A stretch of DNA of 64,000 nt from Octopus sinensis (Eukaryota). Of this stretch, positions 1 through 13,399 are shown piece by piece. How positions within the stretch are numbered: the first letter of the stretch is position 1; each line of letters begins with the position of its first letter. The notes beneath the pieces are model-generated. The model searched no databases. It was not told the DNA's origin and saw nothing but the letters and a program-made list of their open reading frames with translations. Both the position numbers and the translations under genes were made by a program. The stretch lies in contig NC_042998.1 of the NCBI RefSeq assembly GCF_006345805.1, forward strand, positions 157,790,001 to 157,854,000, written 5' to 3'.

Positions 1-258
1 GGAGATATTGTTATAGTTAGCAAGATTAAGTATGTGTTTGTAGTGTTTATAGGTGTGTGTTCAATTGTCGTAGCCGAGTCAAGGAAATAGGTGGGAGAAT
101 TGGTGAGGTCGGTATGTACGCGCGCGAACACACATACACACACATACATTCAGTAGATCCCGCTTTATAAGTCAACTGATAACAAATCCACCCATATATA
201 TTCTTTTATTCTTTTATATGTTTCAGCCCTGAGAGGCCGTGGTCACACTGGGACACCA

Positions 259-343
<85 letters not shown>

Positions 344-1436
344 ATATCATATGCCTACACGCACGCCCACGCCCCTTGTGTGCATGGTATTGCTAGCTTA
401 AAGTTTCAATACCTGTATTTCTTGTCTACTCTCGTTTCCTATAAGTATAAGAGTATCATTTGTTTTACCTACGTTATTATTCTAATGATTCTGTTAATTT
501 TGATTTTAGCCTTATTTTCTTTGCTGGGTCTTCTGAGTTCTAGTGGAAAGAGAATTATCTGAATTATTATAACATGAATGCCGCGAAGAAGAATAAAATT
601 TTTATGTTCCATAAAGCTGCGTTTAATGCCGTTAGTAGTCTTTGTTTACTAAGTATAATTTTATGCATGACACTTTCATTTTTGTGTGCGGACATGTGAC
701 TCGGAAAGTTAAACAAGAACGGTATTTTTTGTTTCTAAGTTTTACTATCTGTGTTATTGTTATTTTTCGAGTAAAGTTGTGTGGGTATTTTGAGGATTGC
801 TTTAAAATACTTACTTTTATGGGTTGTTCTTAAGTGTCTTTCTCCAGATTCATAACCCTTGATGCGCACTATTTTGAGAAATTCTTTAATGTTTGGAAAT
901 CATGCCATCCGACCGCTTTCTAATCAGTGCTATTCTGGCATAATATATTTACTATTAATTTATTATTTAAATACCTTTGTAGATAACACGGTCATATTTT
1001 GTGAAAATTTGGTTGAAATTTCTTGATGGGTGAGTGATCAACTAAAAGACTTTCTGGATACCTCGTATGGGTTGATTAGTTAGTGCCATTTTATTGAAAG
1101 TAAGGCCAGTAAGAGTAGTTCTTTGTTAACATTGAAAAGCAACTCTATTCTAAAATCTTATATTCAGAACAGTCTGAACAAAAAGTGCTTGTGATACAAT
1201 AACTCCATTTCTAGATGTAATAAAAATATTTCTATTGTGAAACAATATTGCCATTTCATCGAAATATAAATTAGAGACATAATATTTTCGTTTACACTAT
1301 AGAAACTAATGAAGTTAAGGCGTGTGTATGTGTGTGCCTGTTTGTATGTTTGTGTGTGTGTGTATCACTTGGGAATTGCGAAAGCAGCAAACATCTATAC
1401 AGATATAGAATGTTTGTGATGAAAACTCTTAGGAAT

Positions 1437-1476
<40 letters not shown>

Positions 1477-4400
1477 GAGCTACTCGAAGCAGTCTAGAGT
1501 ATAAAGGAAAACAAACTGACAACTTGTATACAATACACTGAAAGAGGGTAAGTACATTATAGACAAAAGTCGTTAATAATAACAAACCACATAAGGTTCA
1601 TTATATGAAGTAAATTTACGCTAGCTACAAAACAGGTGAACACGTTATAAAAATTTCATCAAATATAACATAAAATGCATTGCGCACAATCATGCGCTAA
1701 CGCTACTATTTCACTAGAAAACCATTAAAGCTAAACGCTATATCTATAAGAAATCCAGCCCCGTGGGAGTACGTGGGGTGAAAGTGCGGCAAAGTTTCAA
1801 TGTGACTTATGTTGTAAATAATGAGTCTCTAACAGTGTGATTGTTCATATAAGTACAATTCTTACTTTCCAGCTCACTATACATTTGCAATAAGGAACAA
1901 TTGCAACGAATTACAGCATACACAACAAAACAAAACTGTACAGGAAATACATAGTTAAGAACAGGTCTATTTTATTCAGAGAGAAAATTAATAGCTTAAC
2001 ACAATGAAACATGAATTGGCGACCGACGCTTAAGATGACGGTCCTATCTGCTTGCTCGATCTAATAGAAATAATATCCTAATCTTGAAAATATATCTCAC
2101 TGTATTTTAACATGAATGACTCATTGGAAAATGCAGTCCTTAAACGTCTGAAAAAAACGGATGGTCATGAGTTATCCTCAATAAGGACGGGGGTAAGATA
2201 AAATACTAGAAAACAATTTATTTACAATCAACGGCAAATTGTAACAGACAATAAACACTTCCAAATTAACGGGGGAAATAGCATTGGACAATAAAATCTA
2301 AGAATCTATGAGATAAAAATACATACCAGTCAATGATAAAACTATTGGTGTCAATGTAATCAACACTGCTCTAGAAGCTGGTCTCTCAGAATAGTTACAG
2401 TCCAATGTCGGAAATCAATAACAGTACAAACGTTTAGAGTTTACTAATAACATGCAGTTATGTGTGCAAATATCTCATACAAGAAAACGGCGAGTAAGGC
2501 TACCTGATTTCAACAGCGCTTTAGCAAGACAAATAATTATAGAGATAACATTTGGTGTGACAAAATTCAGTATTTAACTTCCTTTCCAGACTCTGTTGTT
2601 TTGCTTCTGCTTGCAATAATGTATATTATTATACAGAGATGCGCATCAGCATATTGAAATCCAGTATTTACACATTTTCATTTTACCCCGACATAGGATG
2701 TTATACATACTCGTATTCTATTATTTACTCTAATTAACTTTTAATTTTCAGTTTCACTATGTCTGGACTCTGCTGAATATATAGATATTGTCTTCACAAA
2801 GCTTATTATTTTATTCCTTGCTTGTAGTGATTGCCAGTAGTGACTGCTACTCGTAAATGCTATAGTGTACATGTAACCTCTTCGTAAATTGCTACCTAAA
2901 GTTGTTTAACTTGATTATGGGGTAGCAGCGTTACTTTGGGCTTATTCGAATCCGTAAGGAAGCTATTTACTGTGTTTTGTCATGGTGAACTTTTTTCGCT
3001 GTATTTACAAATGATGTAAATACACCAAAATCAGCTTACAGCGCCACCTACCCAGACTGCAAGATACAAGTATTTCGGAGTGGTTATTTCCTCTTAGTGA
3101 CAGAAACCGGACTGGGTGCGTTGCGAGCTGATAAGAGAAATTGCTTCTTATGATATTCCCGTCATAGTACAATGGCTGGCAGTGCCAATCGGTGGCTCAC
3201 TGTAAGCAAATTACAGAGTGGCAGCGGTCAGCAGTGATGTGTTTATATACAAGGTTATTTCCAGTTCAAATGCTTTTAAGCATATTCGAACCCGTAAGAA
3301 AGCCAATCACTGTGATTTGTCAATGAGAAAATTGCTCGGTGTAGTCAAATAGTGTAAATGCACCAGCTGATAATAACCTTGTATTTGATTAGAATATCAG
3401 TTTCAACGTCTTTAAGTGATGCATGAATACTACAATGCAAATTTATCTAAAATCTGTAGTTTCTGATTGCGCATGAACGGATAGAGTCGATTCCGAATAG
3501 TTGAGACAAGCATTGATTTGTTTTTAAATAGATACCAAACTTACTGGGGAGATATTGGAAACTTCAACAACATTTATAGTATCTAACAAGTTATGATAAC
3601 AGCTGAATGGCTTCACTCAAGAACTCGGCACATCGAGAGAAGTCACCTGTACTCTTCTGCAGTTGTTAGTTTTCACTTCGTTAGTAAACATATTGTGATC
3701 GATATGATGAGCGAAACCATCTCACCCACCAACGTTGGAGTTTAAAGGCAGTCGTGTTTTACAACTGATCTTCGAGTGGCTTGTTTTCTAGTTTATTAAA
3801 CTGTAGCTTTTTGACTGCTTTTGGTTGTTAGTTGGAAAGTTAGCAACCATCTGTGATTTATGATTTTTTAATTGAATATGATTTGTATTTTATATTTTCA
3901 GTTTTAGCAGTAGGAATAATCGAATAACACATAGAGTTTATTAGTCATTCTTGACACTATAGTACATTCTGAACAACAATTTCTTATTCAAAATAGCAGT
4001 ATTGAAAGAAGAAATAAAATTACTCTGCATTGCCACTCTGTAGCAATGAATTTATAAGTAAATAGAATATTTAGAAGAAAATATATCAATTTTAATGCAC
4101 GTCTTTATTTATTATGTCAAGTTAGAATAATTTCACGTAGCTAATATGATTCTGTACAAAGTGAACGTATATTTAATTAATGCAATCAAAATGTATACCA
4201 CTTAGAGGGTCAACCTCAGTAGCATTAGCACTAAAAACAAGAGATACTAAATTATATACTATGGCTGATCAAACTGACTCAGTTTTTGCGTGCTTGAGAA
4301 AACTATCCATTATGATAAACGCATATTCATTATTATTCTATCATCGATTTCAGCCAGAACCTGAAGCCACATTCAGTTACCACCATGTATTTTATATAAC

Positions 4401-4941
4401 CATAGGTATGTTCGGGAAACCAATAAAAAATTATGAAGGCTTTCATAAGGGTATAAGTGACAAGTGATGTGAGACAGTTCCCAAAGAGAAGTGTCGGGAT
4501 TTACAGTAATATTGTATTATGATATTTCTCAGAGAAAAACGATAATGCCAGCGCACCTATTTGCAGATATTGCTCACAGTTCCTACATCTATAATCACTC
4601 AAACAGGCACTTGTCTGTTTTCTCACGAATTTTAAGTAAATATTCCGTAAAGAGAAAATTTCCGTAATGAGTCTATGTAACTCATGACACAGACTATTTC
4701 TCTAAATCACAATAGGATTTTGTTTGTCCATTTATAATGCGAACTTTTATTCAATATCGTTGTTAGTTAAAGCCTTGCATCGGAATGATCGCTACTACAC
4801 TGCATTTTGCCGGCGAGAATGGGAGAGTGAATCTATATCTTAGTTTCGTTACAAGACGCCGGTTATACGCCGATGTTTGCATCGTTTACCGATATGCATC
4901 GCAAAAGATATATGCATTCATACACACACACAAACACAAGA

Positions 4942-5033
<92 letters not shown>

Positions 5034-5565
5034 GCAAAAAATGTGTAAATATACATTAACACACACAAACACATGCATATAAATCTAAGACTAGGAGACT
5101 GTGTCTGTTTTGAATAAAGGACAAGAGTGAGTTGACAGCTCATGGCTAGGTATGGTCATAAATATTGTCATATATATATATACCTTTCCAGGAAAGAATA
5201 CATTAGGAGTAGTTGATAAAGAGATAAATGAATTAGAAACAAATTACCATTCTTTACAATAGGCTTCATGCTATTCTTGGAAGTGTAGTCTATTTTTAGC
5301 TACAATTTTGAGAAAAGTTATATTAATGTGTCCGACTGGTTAAAATTTTTTAAAATTTATTTGTGCAGATGAAGTTAGCACTGCATTTAAATTGATGTAC
5401 TGATTGCATTGTTCAATTAAAGTCCACTACTTGAAACCCTGTGCTTATCTTGACTATATATATATATATATATATATATGTAGGTCCGGGTTGATCCGGG
5501 GTTAACCCACAGTAAGTAAGGTACTCAATACATAGTAGAGTAAAATTATTTTATTATATAGAAGG

Positions 5566-5616
5566 AGCTTCTACAGGACTAGTACTGTTTCATTCAAGAG
5601 AAATCTTCAGGAAGCT
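5566..5616 (-). ncRNA. Type I hammerhead ribozyme motif, family A
   Basis: Minus strand reads AGCUUC-CUGAAGA-UUUC(UCUU)GAAU-GAAA-CAG(UACUAGUC)CUG-UA-GAAGCU: full core, 6 bp stem I, 4 bp stem III, GUA cleavage triplet, U.U at the base of stem II. Confidence 0.8.
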
Positions 5617-5924
5617 ATTAACAAGAATTGTATTAGCATTTATACATTTAGGCAGGTTTAAAGGAGTGGTGGTGGGGGACTTTTTTGGGGGTAGGCATAG
5701 CGCAAAATATCATACTTGGGAGTGGTCAAGGAGTCAGTGGTAAGTTAGATGAAAGAATAGATAAATAAAAAAATAAAATAAAAAATAAAAAATAAAAAAT
5801 AAAAAATAAAAAATAATAAAAATAAAAAATAAAAAAGTGTGCACATACATACATAAACACATATACATACACACACACATACGTACACATGTGTGCCTAT
5901 ACATACCTACACATACACACATAC

Positions 5925-5974
<50 letters not shown>

Positions 5975-6294
5975 ATCAAATACAGGCCCATTCCCTAATT
6001 TTAATTTTATTATCTTCATTTATTACTTTTGTTATCTTTGATCGCTAGGGCTAAGGATCCTGGCGATGGCAGCATGTCCATTGTCTGTCTACTAGAAGGC
6101 AAGTACTCGTTCCCGCCGCACCCTCATTACACGTACATACCACCCATTCGTACACTCATACACATACACGTACGCACGCGTTATATTCATACATACAAAC
6201 ATCTACATACGTTCACGTATATACACATACGTACTCGTACCTACAGATTCATGTCTACACTTTAGAAGGCTAGTCTCTATATATACACCAATAA

Positions 6295-6326
<32 letters not shown>

Positions 6327-6446
6327 ATATATACACATATACACATACACACACACACACACATATATATATACTCCTACATACAGATACATACCCATAT
6401 ATATATACATATACACACACATACATATACATATATATATATATAT

Positions 6447-6485
<39 letters not shown>

Positions 6486-6731
6486 CATACACACCACACA
6501 TATATATCCACACATACATACACATATATATACATACACAAACATATATACACACACATATATATAATATACATATATACACACATACATACACACACCT
6601 ACATACATATACACACAAACACATACATACGTAAACATACATACAACATCCAATACATCCATACTTACATGCATTTATACGCATACATACACCCCCATCT
6701 ATATATATATATCTATATATATATATATATA

Positions 6732-6764
<33 letters not shown>

Positions 6765-7396
6765 TCACACATACATATACAAATATACGCCCCACATACA
6801 TACATACACGTATACGCATACACGCACATACACATATACATGCGTACCCATACACGTGCACACACGCACATGCATCCATATATACACACACACCACATAT
6901 ATACACGTGTGCAAGCATACATACATACTCATACACGCACACATACTTACATATACATATATGCCCACACTTACACACATATATACATACACATATACAT
7001 GCATACATACATATGCATACATACACATACACGCACATACACATATACACATGCGTACCCATACACGTGCACGCACGCACGCGCATCCATATATACACAC
7101 ACACACATATATATTATACACGTGTGCAAGCATACATACATACTCATACACCGCACGCGCACATACTTACATATACATATATGCACACACTTACACACAT
7201 ATATACATACACATATACATGCATACATACATAATGCCATCATACACACACGCCGCACTCATATATACATATATATACATACATATATATATATACATAT
7301 ATACACATATATATATATATACATATATATACACAAACATATATATACACATATACACATACACATACATGCACACCTACACACACATACACATAC

Positions 7397-7437
<41 letters not shown>

Positions 7438-7525
7438 TACACATATACACATACATATATACACACATACATACATATACATACACACACACATACATAT
7501 ATACACGGATACACATACCCATACA

Positions 7526-7559
<34 letters not shown>

Positions 7560-7778
7560 GTATACACATGCATATACTTATATCTCTACATACTCACATA
7601 TAAACATATATAAGTATACACACACACATATATATACATGTACACACACATACACATATACATACATATATACACATACACACATACATATATATATATT
7701 ATATATACACATACATATATATATACATACATATATATATATACATATATATATATACATATACCCCCACATATATAC

Positions 7779-7813
<35 letters not shown>

Positions 7814-8502
7814 TACATATACACATATACATGTATACATACGCAATAATGATACACATATATACACATACACACACACAGACAGATGCATATACATACA
7901 TATATATATATAAACTACATATCTATATAAATACATACATAATACACATATACACACACATATATACATACATATACATACACATATATATACATATATA
8001 TATATACATATATATATACATACATATACATATATTACCACATACATACACATGCACATACATATACAAATATACATACACATACATACACACACACGCG
8101 CGCACATACATATACACACACACATGTACAAATACATACATACTACATATACAAATACATGTGTATGTGTGTATGTATGTATTTGTACATGTGTGTGTGT
8201 ATATGTATGTGCGCGCGGTGTGTGTGTATGTATGTGTATGTATTTTGTATATGTATGTGCATGTGTATGTATGTGTGTATATATATGTATATGTATGTAT
8301 ATATATATGTTATATATATATATGTATATATATGTGTATGTATATGTATGTATATATGTGTGTGTATATGTGTATTATGTATGTATTTATATAGATATTT
8401 AGTTATATATATATATGTATGTATATGCATCTGTCTGTGTGTGTGTATGTGTATATATGTGTATCATTATTGCGTATGTATACATGTATATGTGTATATG
8501 TA

Positions 8503-8537
<35 letters not shown>

Positions 8538-8756
8538 GTATATATGTGGGGGTATATGTATATATATATATGTATATATATATATGTATGTATATATATA
8601 TGTATGTGTATATATATATATAATATATGTATGTGTGTATGTGTATATATGTATGTATATGTGTATGTGTGTGTACATGTATATATATGTGTGTGTGTAT
8701 ACTTATATATGTTTATATGTGAGTATGTAGAGATATAAGTATATGCATGTGTATAC

Positions 8757-8792
<36 letters not shown>

Positions 8793-8879
8793 GTATGGGT
8801 ATGTGTATCCGTGTATATATGTATGTGTGTGTGTATGTATATGTATGTATGTGTGTATATATGTATGTGTATATGTGTA

Positions 8880-8922
<43 letters not shown>

Positions 8923-9553
8923 GTATGTGTATGTGTGTGTAGGTGTGCATGTATGTGTATGTGTATATGTGTATATATATGTTTGTGTATATATATGTAT
9001 ATATATATATATGTGTATATATGTATATATATATGTATGTATATATATGTATATATGAGTGCGCGTGTGTGTATGTATGCATATATGTATGTATGCATGT
9101 ATATGTGTATGTATATATGTGTGTAAGTGTGTGCATATATGTATATGTAAGTATGTGCGCGTGTATGAGTATGTATGTATGCTTGCACACGTGTATATAT
9201 ATATGTGTGTGTGTGTATATATATGGATGCGCGTGCGTGCGTGCACGTGTATGGGTACGCATGTGTATATGTGTATGTGCGTGTATGTGTATGTATGCAT
9301 TATTGTTGTATGCATGTATATGTGTATGTATATATGTGTGTAAGTGTGTGCATATATGTATATGTAAGTATGTGTGCGTGTATGAGTATGTATGTATGCT
9401 TGCACACGTGTATATATGTGTGTGTGTGTGTATATATATGGATGCATGTGCGTGTGTGCACGTGTATGGGTACGCATGTATATGTGTATGTGCGTGTATG
9501 CGTATACGTGTATGTATGTATGTGTGGGCGTATATTTGTATATGTATGTGTGA

Positions 9554-9595
<42 letters not shown>

Positions 9596-10328
9596 TATAT
9601 ATATAATATATATATAGATGGGGGTATGTATGCGTATAAATGCATGTAAGTATGGATGTATGGATGTATGTATGTATGTTTACGTATGTATGTGTTTGTG
9701 TGTATATGTATGTAGGTGTGTGTATGTATGTGTGTATATATGTATTATATATATGTGTGTGTATATATGTTTGTGTATGTATATATATGTGTATGTATGT
9801 GTGTGTATATATATGTGGTGTGTGTGTATGTATATATATTAGTATGTATGTAATATATATATATATATATGTATCGTATGTGGTGGTATATGTATATCTA
9901 AATATGGTATGTATCTGTATGTAGGAGTATATAATATGTGGTGTGTGTGTGTGTATGTGTATATGTGTATATATATATGTGTATATATATATATATATAT
10001 ATGTTATTTTATTGGGGTATAATAGAGACTAGCCTTCTAAAGTGTAGACATGAATCTGTAGGTACGAGTACGTATGTGTAATACGTGAACGTATGTAGAT
10101 GTTTGTATGTATGAATATAACGCGTGCGTACGTGTATGTGTATGAGTGTACGAATGGGTGTATGTACGTGCTAATGAGTGTGCGTGCGGGAACGAGTACT
10201 TGCCTTCTAGTAGACAGACAATTGGACATGCTGCCATCGCCAGGATCCTTAGCCCTAGCGATCAAAGATAACAAAAGTAATAAATGAAGATAATAAAATT
10301 AAAATTAGGGAATGGGCCTGTATTTGAT

Positions 10329-10383
<55 letters not shown>

Positions 10384-10685
10384 GTGTGTATGTGTAGGTA
10401 TGTATAGGCACACTTTGTACGTATGTGTGTGTGTATGTATATGTGTTTATGTATGTATGTGCACACTTTTTTATTTTTTATTTTTTATTTATTTTTTTAT
10501 TTTTTATTTTTTATTTTTTTTTTATTTTATTTTTTTATTTATCTATTCTTTCATCTAACTTACCACTGACTCCTTGACCACTCCCCCAAGTATGATATTT
10601 TGCGCTATGCCTACCCCCAAAAAAGTCCCCCACCACCACTCTTAAACCTGCCTAATGTAAAATGCTAATACAATTCTTGTTAAAT

Positions 10686-10736
10686 AGCTTCCTGAAGATT
10701 TCTCTTGAATGAAACAGTACTAGTCCTGTAGAAGCT
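10686..10736 (+). ncRNA. Type I hammerhead ribozyme motif, family A (mirror copy)
   Basis: agcttc CTGAAGA tttctcttgaat GAAA cagtactagtcctg TA gaagct; identical to the reverse complement of 5566-5616. Confidence 0.8.
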
Positions 10737-10753
10737 CCTTCTATATAATAAAT

Positions 10754-10789
<36 letters not shown>

Positions 10790-10799
<10 letters not shown>

Positions 10800-11003
10800 G
10801 TTAATCCAAACATGAAAACACAAAGAAAACAGAATAACGCGAGGACGTAGAACAAATATAGTATTATTGGACGATCAGAAAGGAAGGGAAGGAGGAGGGT
10901 TTAACGTTTCGAGCGGAGCTCTTCGTCAGAAACATAGGAAAAAGAAAGATCCAGAGAAGGTAAGACGGAGGAAAAAAAATCGCCAACGGTACACACGCGG
11001 TCA
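10790..11003 (-). mobile_element. Probable PLE pseudo-LTR fragment carrying the family B hammerhead
   Basis: Short non-coding segment with a minimal hammerhead, abutting a TA tract on the left and a SINE on the right. The PLE association is inferred. Confidence 0.45.
10899..10933 (-). ncRNA. Minimal type I hammerhead motif, family B
   Basis: Minus strand GUUU-CUGACGA-A-GAGC(UCC)GCUC-GAAA-CG-UU-AAAC: core plus one extra A between A9 and G10.1, palindromic ACGU stem III (dimer type), GUU triplet. Confidence 0.7.
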
Positions 11004-11158
11004 GGGGCTTCTTTCAGTTTCCGTCTGCCAAGTCAAGTCACAAGGCTTCGGTCGGCCCAAGGCTACAGTAGAAGAAACTTGCTCAAGGTGTCACGCAGTG
11101 GGATTGAACTCGGAACCATGTGGTTGGGAAGCAAGCTTCTTATCATACAAGCACACCT
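11004..11158 (-). mobile_element. Partial SINE, 61752 family
   Basis: Reverse complement aligns by eye to 61755-61900. Confidence 0.8.
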
Positions 11159-12139
11159 AAAGAGCTTGTTATCTCAATAAACGACCACATGGCCAAGGCC
11201 AGAGGAAAGCATATATATATATGTCTGTGTGAGAGTGTATCTGTGTGTGTCTGAGTGTGTGTGTGTGTATTTGTGTGTGCTTGTATGTGTGTGTGCGTGT
11301 GTGTATTAACCATTCCGTTCTATCAAATCCTATATTTTGAGTTCACCTCTGTTTCTGCAAATAAATGTAAGCAGATACGTATTTGTGTTGTTGTCGATAT
11401 GCTTCATATGTTTTTGAGAATGTGCACAGATATTAGAAGTCTTTTTTGCTTACTTAATTAGACCAATGTCATTTGACAATACACACACACACACACACAC
11501 CTCAATGAATGTAGTTTCACTGTTGGAAATTAAACTTAAGGTTTACTACACTTGACCTTTACATTTTAAAAAGTTTCCTTTTCTTGTTCTTAACATAAAT
11601 GTCATGTGCGTCTCCTATTGTTTCCTTACATCTTGATTAATCTGACGAAACATTACTCTTCTATAAGTAACATATCCCACACGTCAGATTTATGACTAAT
11701 TACTATAATACCATTATTAATTAAACTATCAGCTTGTGTAATGGCTTAAATTATCCACACATGACTAGTTATAATCATAAAATTCCTAAATTTATTCATA
11801 TGACTTCTTTTCGGAAGTTATTCAATGAATTTATCTACTGAACATGTTGTTGTTGTTATTATTATTATTATCATCATCATCATTACTATTATCAATAAAA
11901 TTAATACGCTAACGTTTTGCTTTTGTACGTACCTGTGGTGTGTGTCACACTTCAAAGAAGTGGCAAAGCGAGGGAGAGGAGGACAGAGAGGAAGTAAGAG
12001 AGAAAGAGAGAAGTGAGATGGGAAGATAGTGAAAGAGACAGTGAGTGGTGACGGCGTTCATCGCAAGAGGAGTAGATACACATACATATACACGTTATTA
12101 AATCAAAAGCGGAGGAGAAGAGGGACACAAAGGAAGTGA

Positions 12140-12192
<53 letters not shown>

Positions 12193-12427
12193 AGAAAGAG
12201 AGATAGATATACTTAAATCAGTAGAGACACTCAGCAAATATTGGATGTCAATTTCACTTCTGAAGACAACTAAGACAATTCCAGTCAATTTCTTTATTAA
12301 CCATGAGGTTGAGAAAAAGACCGGCCGATACGAGGACAGACAAAACACACATTGGGGTCAGGGTATCGAATGAGACGAAACGTATGAATAAACAAACAAT
12401 TAAAATATATACAATTAAATGAGAATG

Positions 12428-12990
12428 AGTGATTTACAATGCGGTGAACCGGCAAGGAAGTCTGTGAGCTTCTCCCCGCGCTCCAGTCCGCCGCTCCTCC
12501 CGATTAGCTGGGCGAAATAATCGTGAAACACCTTGCACATCTTCTTGGGTTCGTTTATTGATCGACCATATGGGTCCGTCAAAAATCGAATGGTTGAGTT
12601 GTTGCCACGCTGGCTCTCTAACACCCGGGCCCATCCGGTCGCGTTGATCCTTCCTGTCTCATCGCACGGATCTTAGCCCTGACAATGCACCCTTTGTGTT
12701 TAGCTTTGAGATGTTGGTCGAGTGCCAGCCTCGCCGCTAACACTTTTGATGCACCACCTGGCCTCATTGCCTCGTCTAATGCCTTAACTAGTTCCTTTTC
12801 TACTTTGTTTCTAGCACTAGCTAATTCTTTGCTAAACCTAATCGACTCAAATTTCATGGTTCTTTTCAGCGCGTACCACCATTTGTTGATAATGGATACG
12901 GTTAACGCCCTCATTACTGTCTAATCTGCTTCCTGTAGGCTTCACAGTCCAATAGCGACTTGTTTAGCTTCCAGTAATCGGTACCTCGTC
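12428..12990 (-). pseudogene. L1/Tx1-clade LINE ORF2 fragment (end of APE endonuclease and linker)
   Basis: Minus strand YWKLNKSLLDCEAYRKQI, then NKWWYALKRTMKFESIRFSK...KHKGCIVRAK...CKVFHDYFAQL, with stops and frameshifts. Confidence 0.7.
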
Positions 12991-13221
12991 TACACATGCT
13001 ATCTAGGTCGACCGTACAGGTCAAAGGACTGAAACAAGTAAAAGAATACCAGAAAACCGTTCCGTACCACTAAACCAAGAAGGTTCTTTGAATATGTACG
13101 ATGTATTCTAAGGTTAAATAGTAATTCCGTTTACGTTTGTGTAACAAATATTTTGGTTTGATTATATAGTCATTGGTGTTACATTACTTTCTATATTCTG
13201 TAACTGTCACAATATACTTTT

Positions 13222-13365
13222 CTAGGCCTGAAATATTTGTTGGGGCGGGGGCCAGTTGATTAGATCGACCCCAGTACACAACTAGTACTTAGTTTATCGA
13301 TCCCAAAAGACGAAAGGCAAAGTTGACCTCGGTAGAATTTGAAATCAGAACGTAAAGACAGATAG
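13222..13365 (-). mobile_element. Partial SINE, 39839 family
   Basis: TTTATCGATCCCAAAAGACGAAAGGCAAAGTTGACCTCGG..GAATTTGAAATCAGAACGTAA. Confidence 0.75.
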
Positions 13366-13399
13366 TCATAATATACAAACATTTCTCATGGCACTTACT

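Larger units (their letters stand above)
5546..10760. repeat. Giant inverted repeat (two ~2.6 kb arms, ~27 nt spacer at 8144-8170), mostly mixed TA/CA microsatellite with short unique segments
   Basis: Unique segments mirror each other: 5561-5760 vs 10545-10745, 5975-6130 vs 10185-10330, 6250-6300 vs 10010-10060. Arms differ mainly by small indels. Confidence 0.95.

Noticed and set aside
3694-3770. C/D box snoRNA-like segment (ATGATGA ... CTGA)
   Set aside because: Only 2 bp of terminal stem in kink-turn register, no clear C'/D' boxes, and I could not match a guide to rRNA or snRNA.
6270-9930. Long ORFs (up to 512 aa) rich in Y/I/H/T or C/V/M
   Set aside because: They are translations of TA/CA microsatellite, which lacks stop codons in some frames; no protein motifs.
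12350-12395. GAGACGAAACGTA hammerhead-like half
   Set aside because: No CUGANGA or UUGANAA half upstream.
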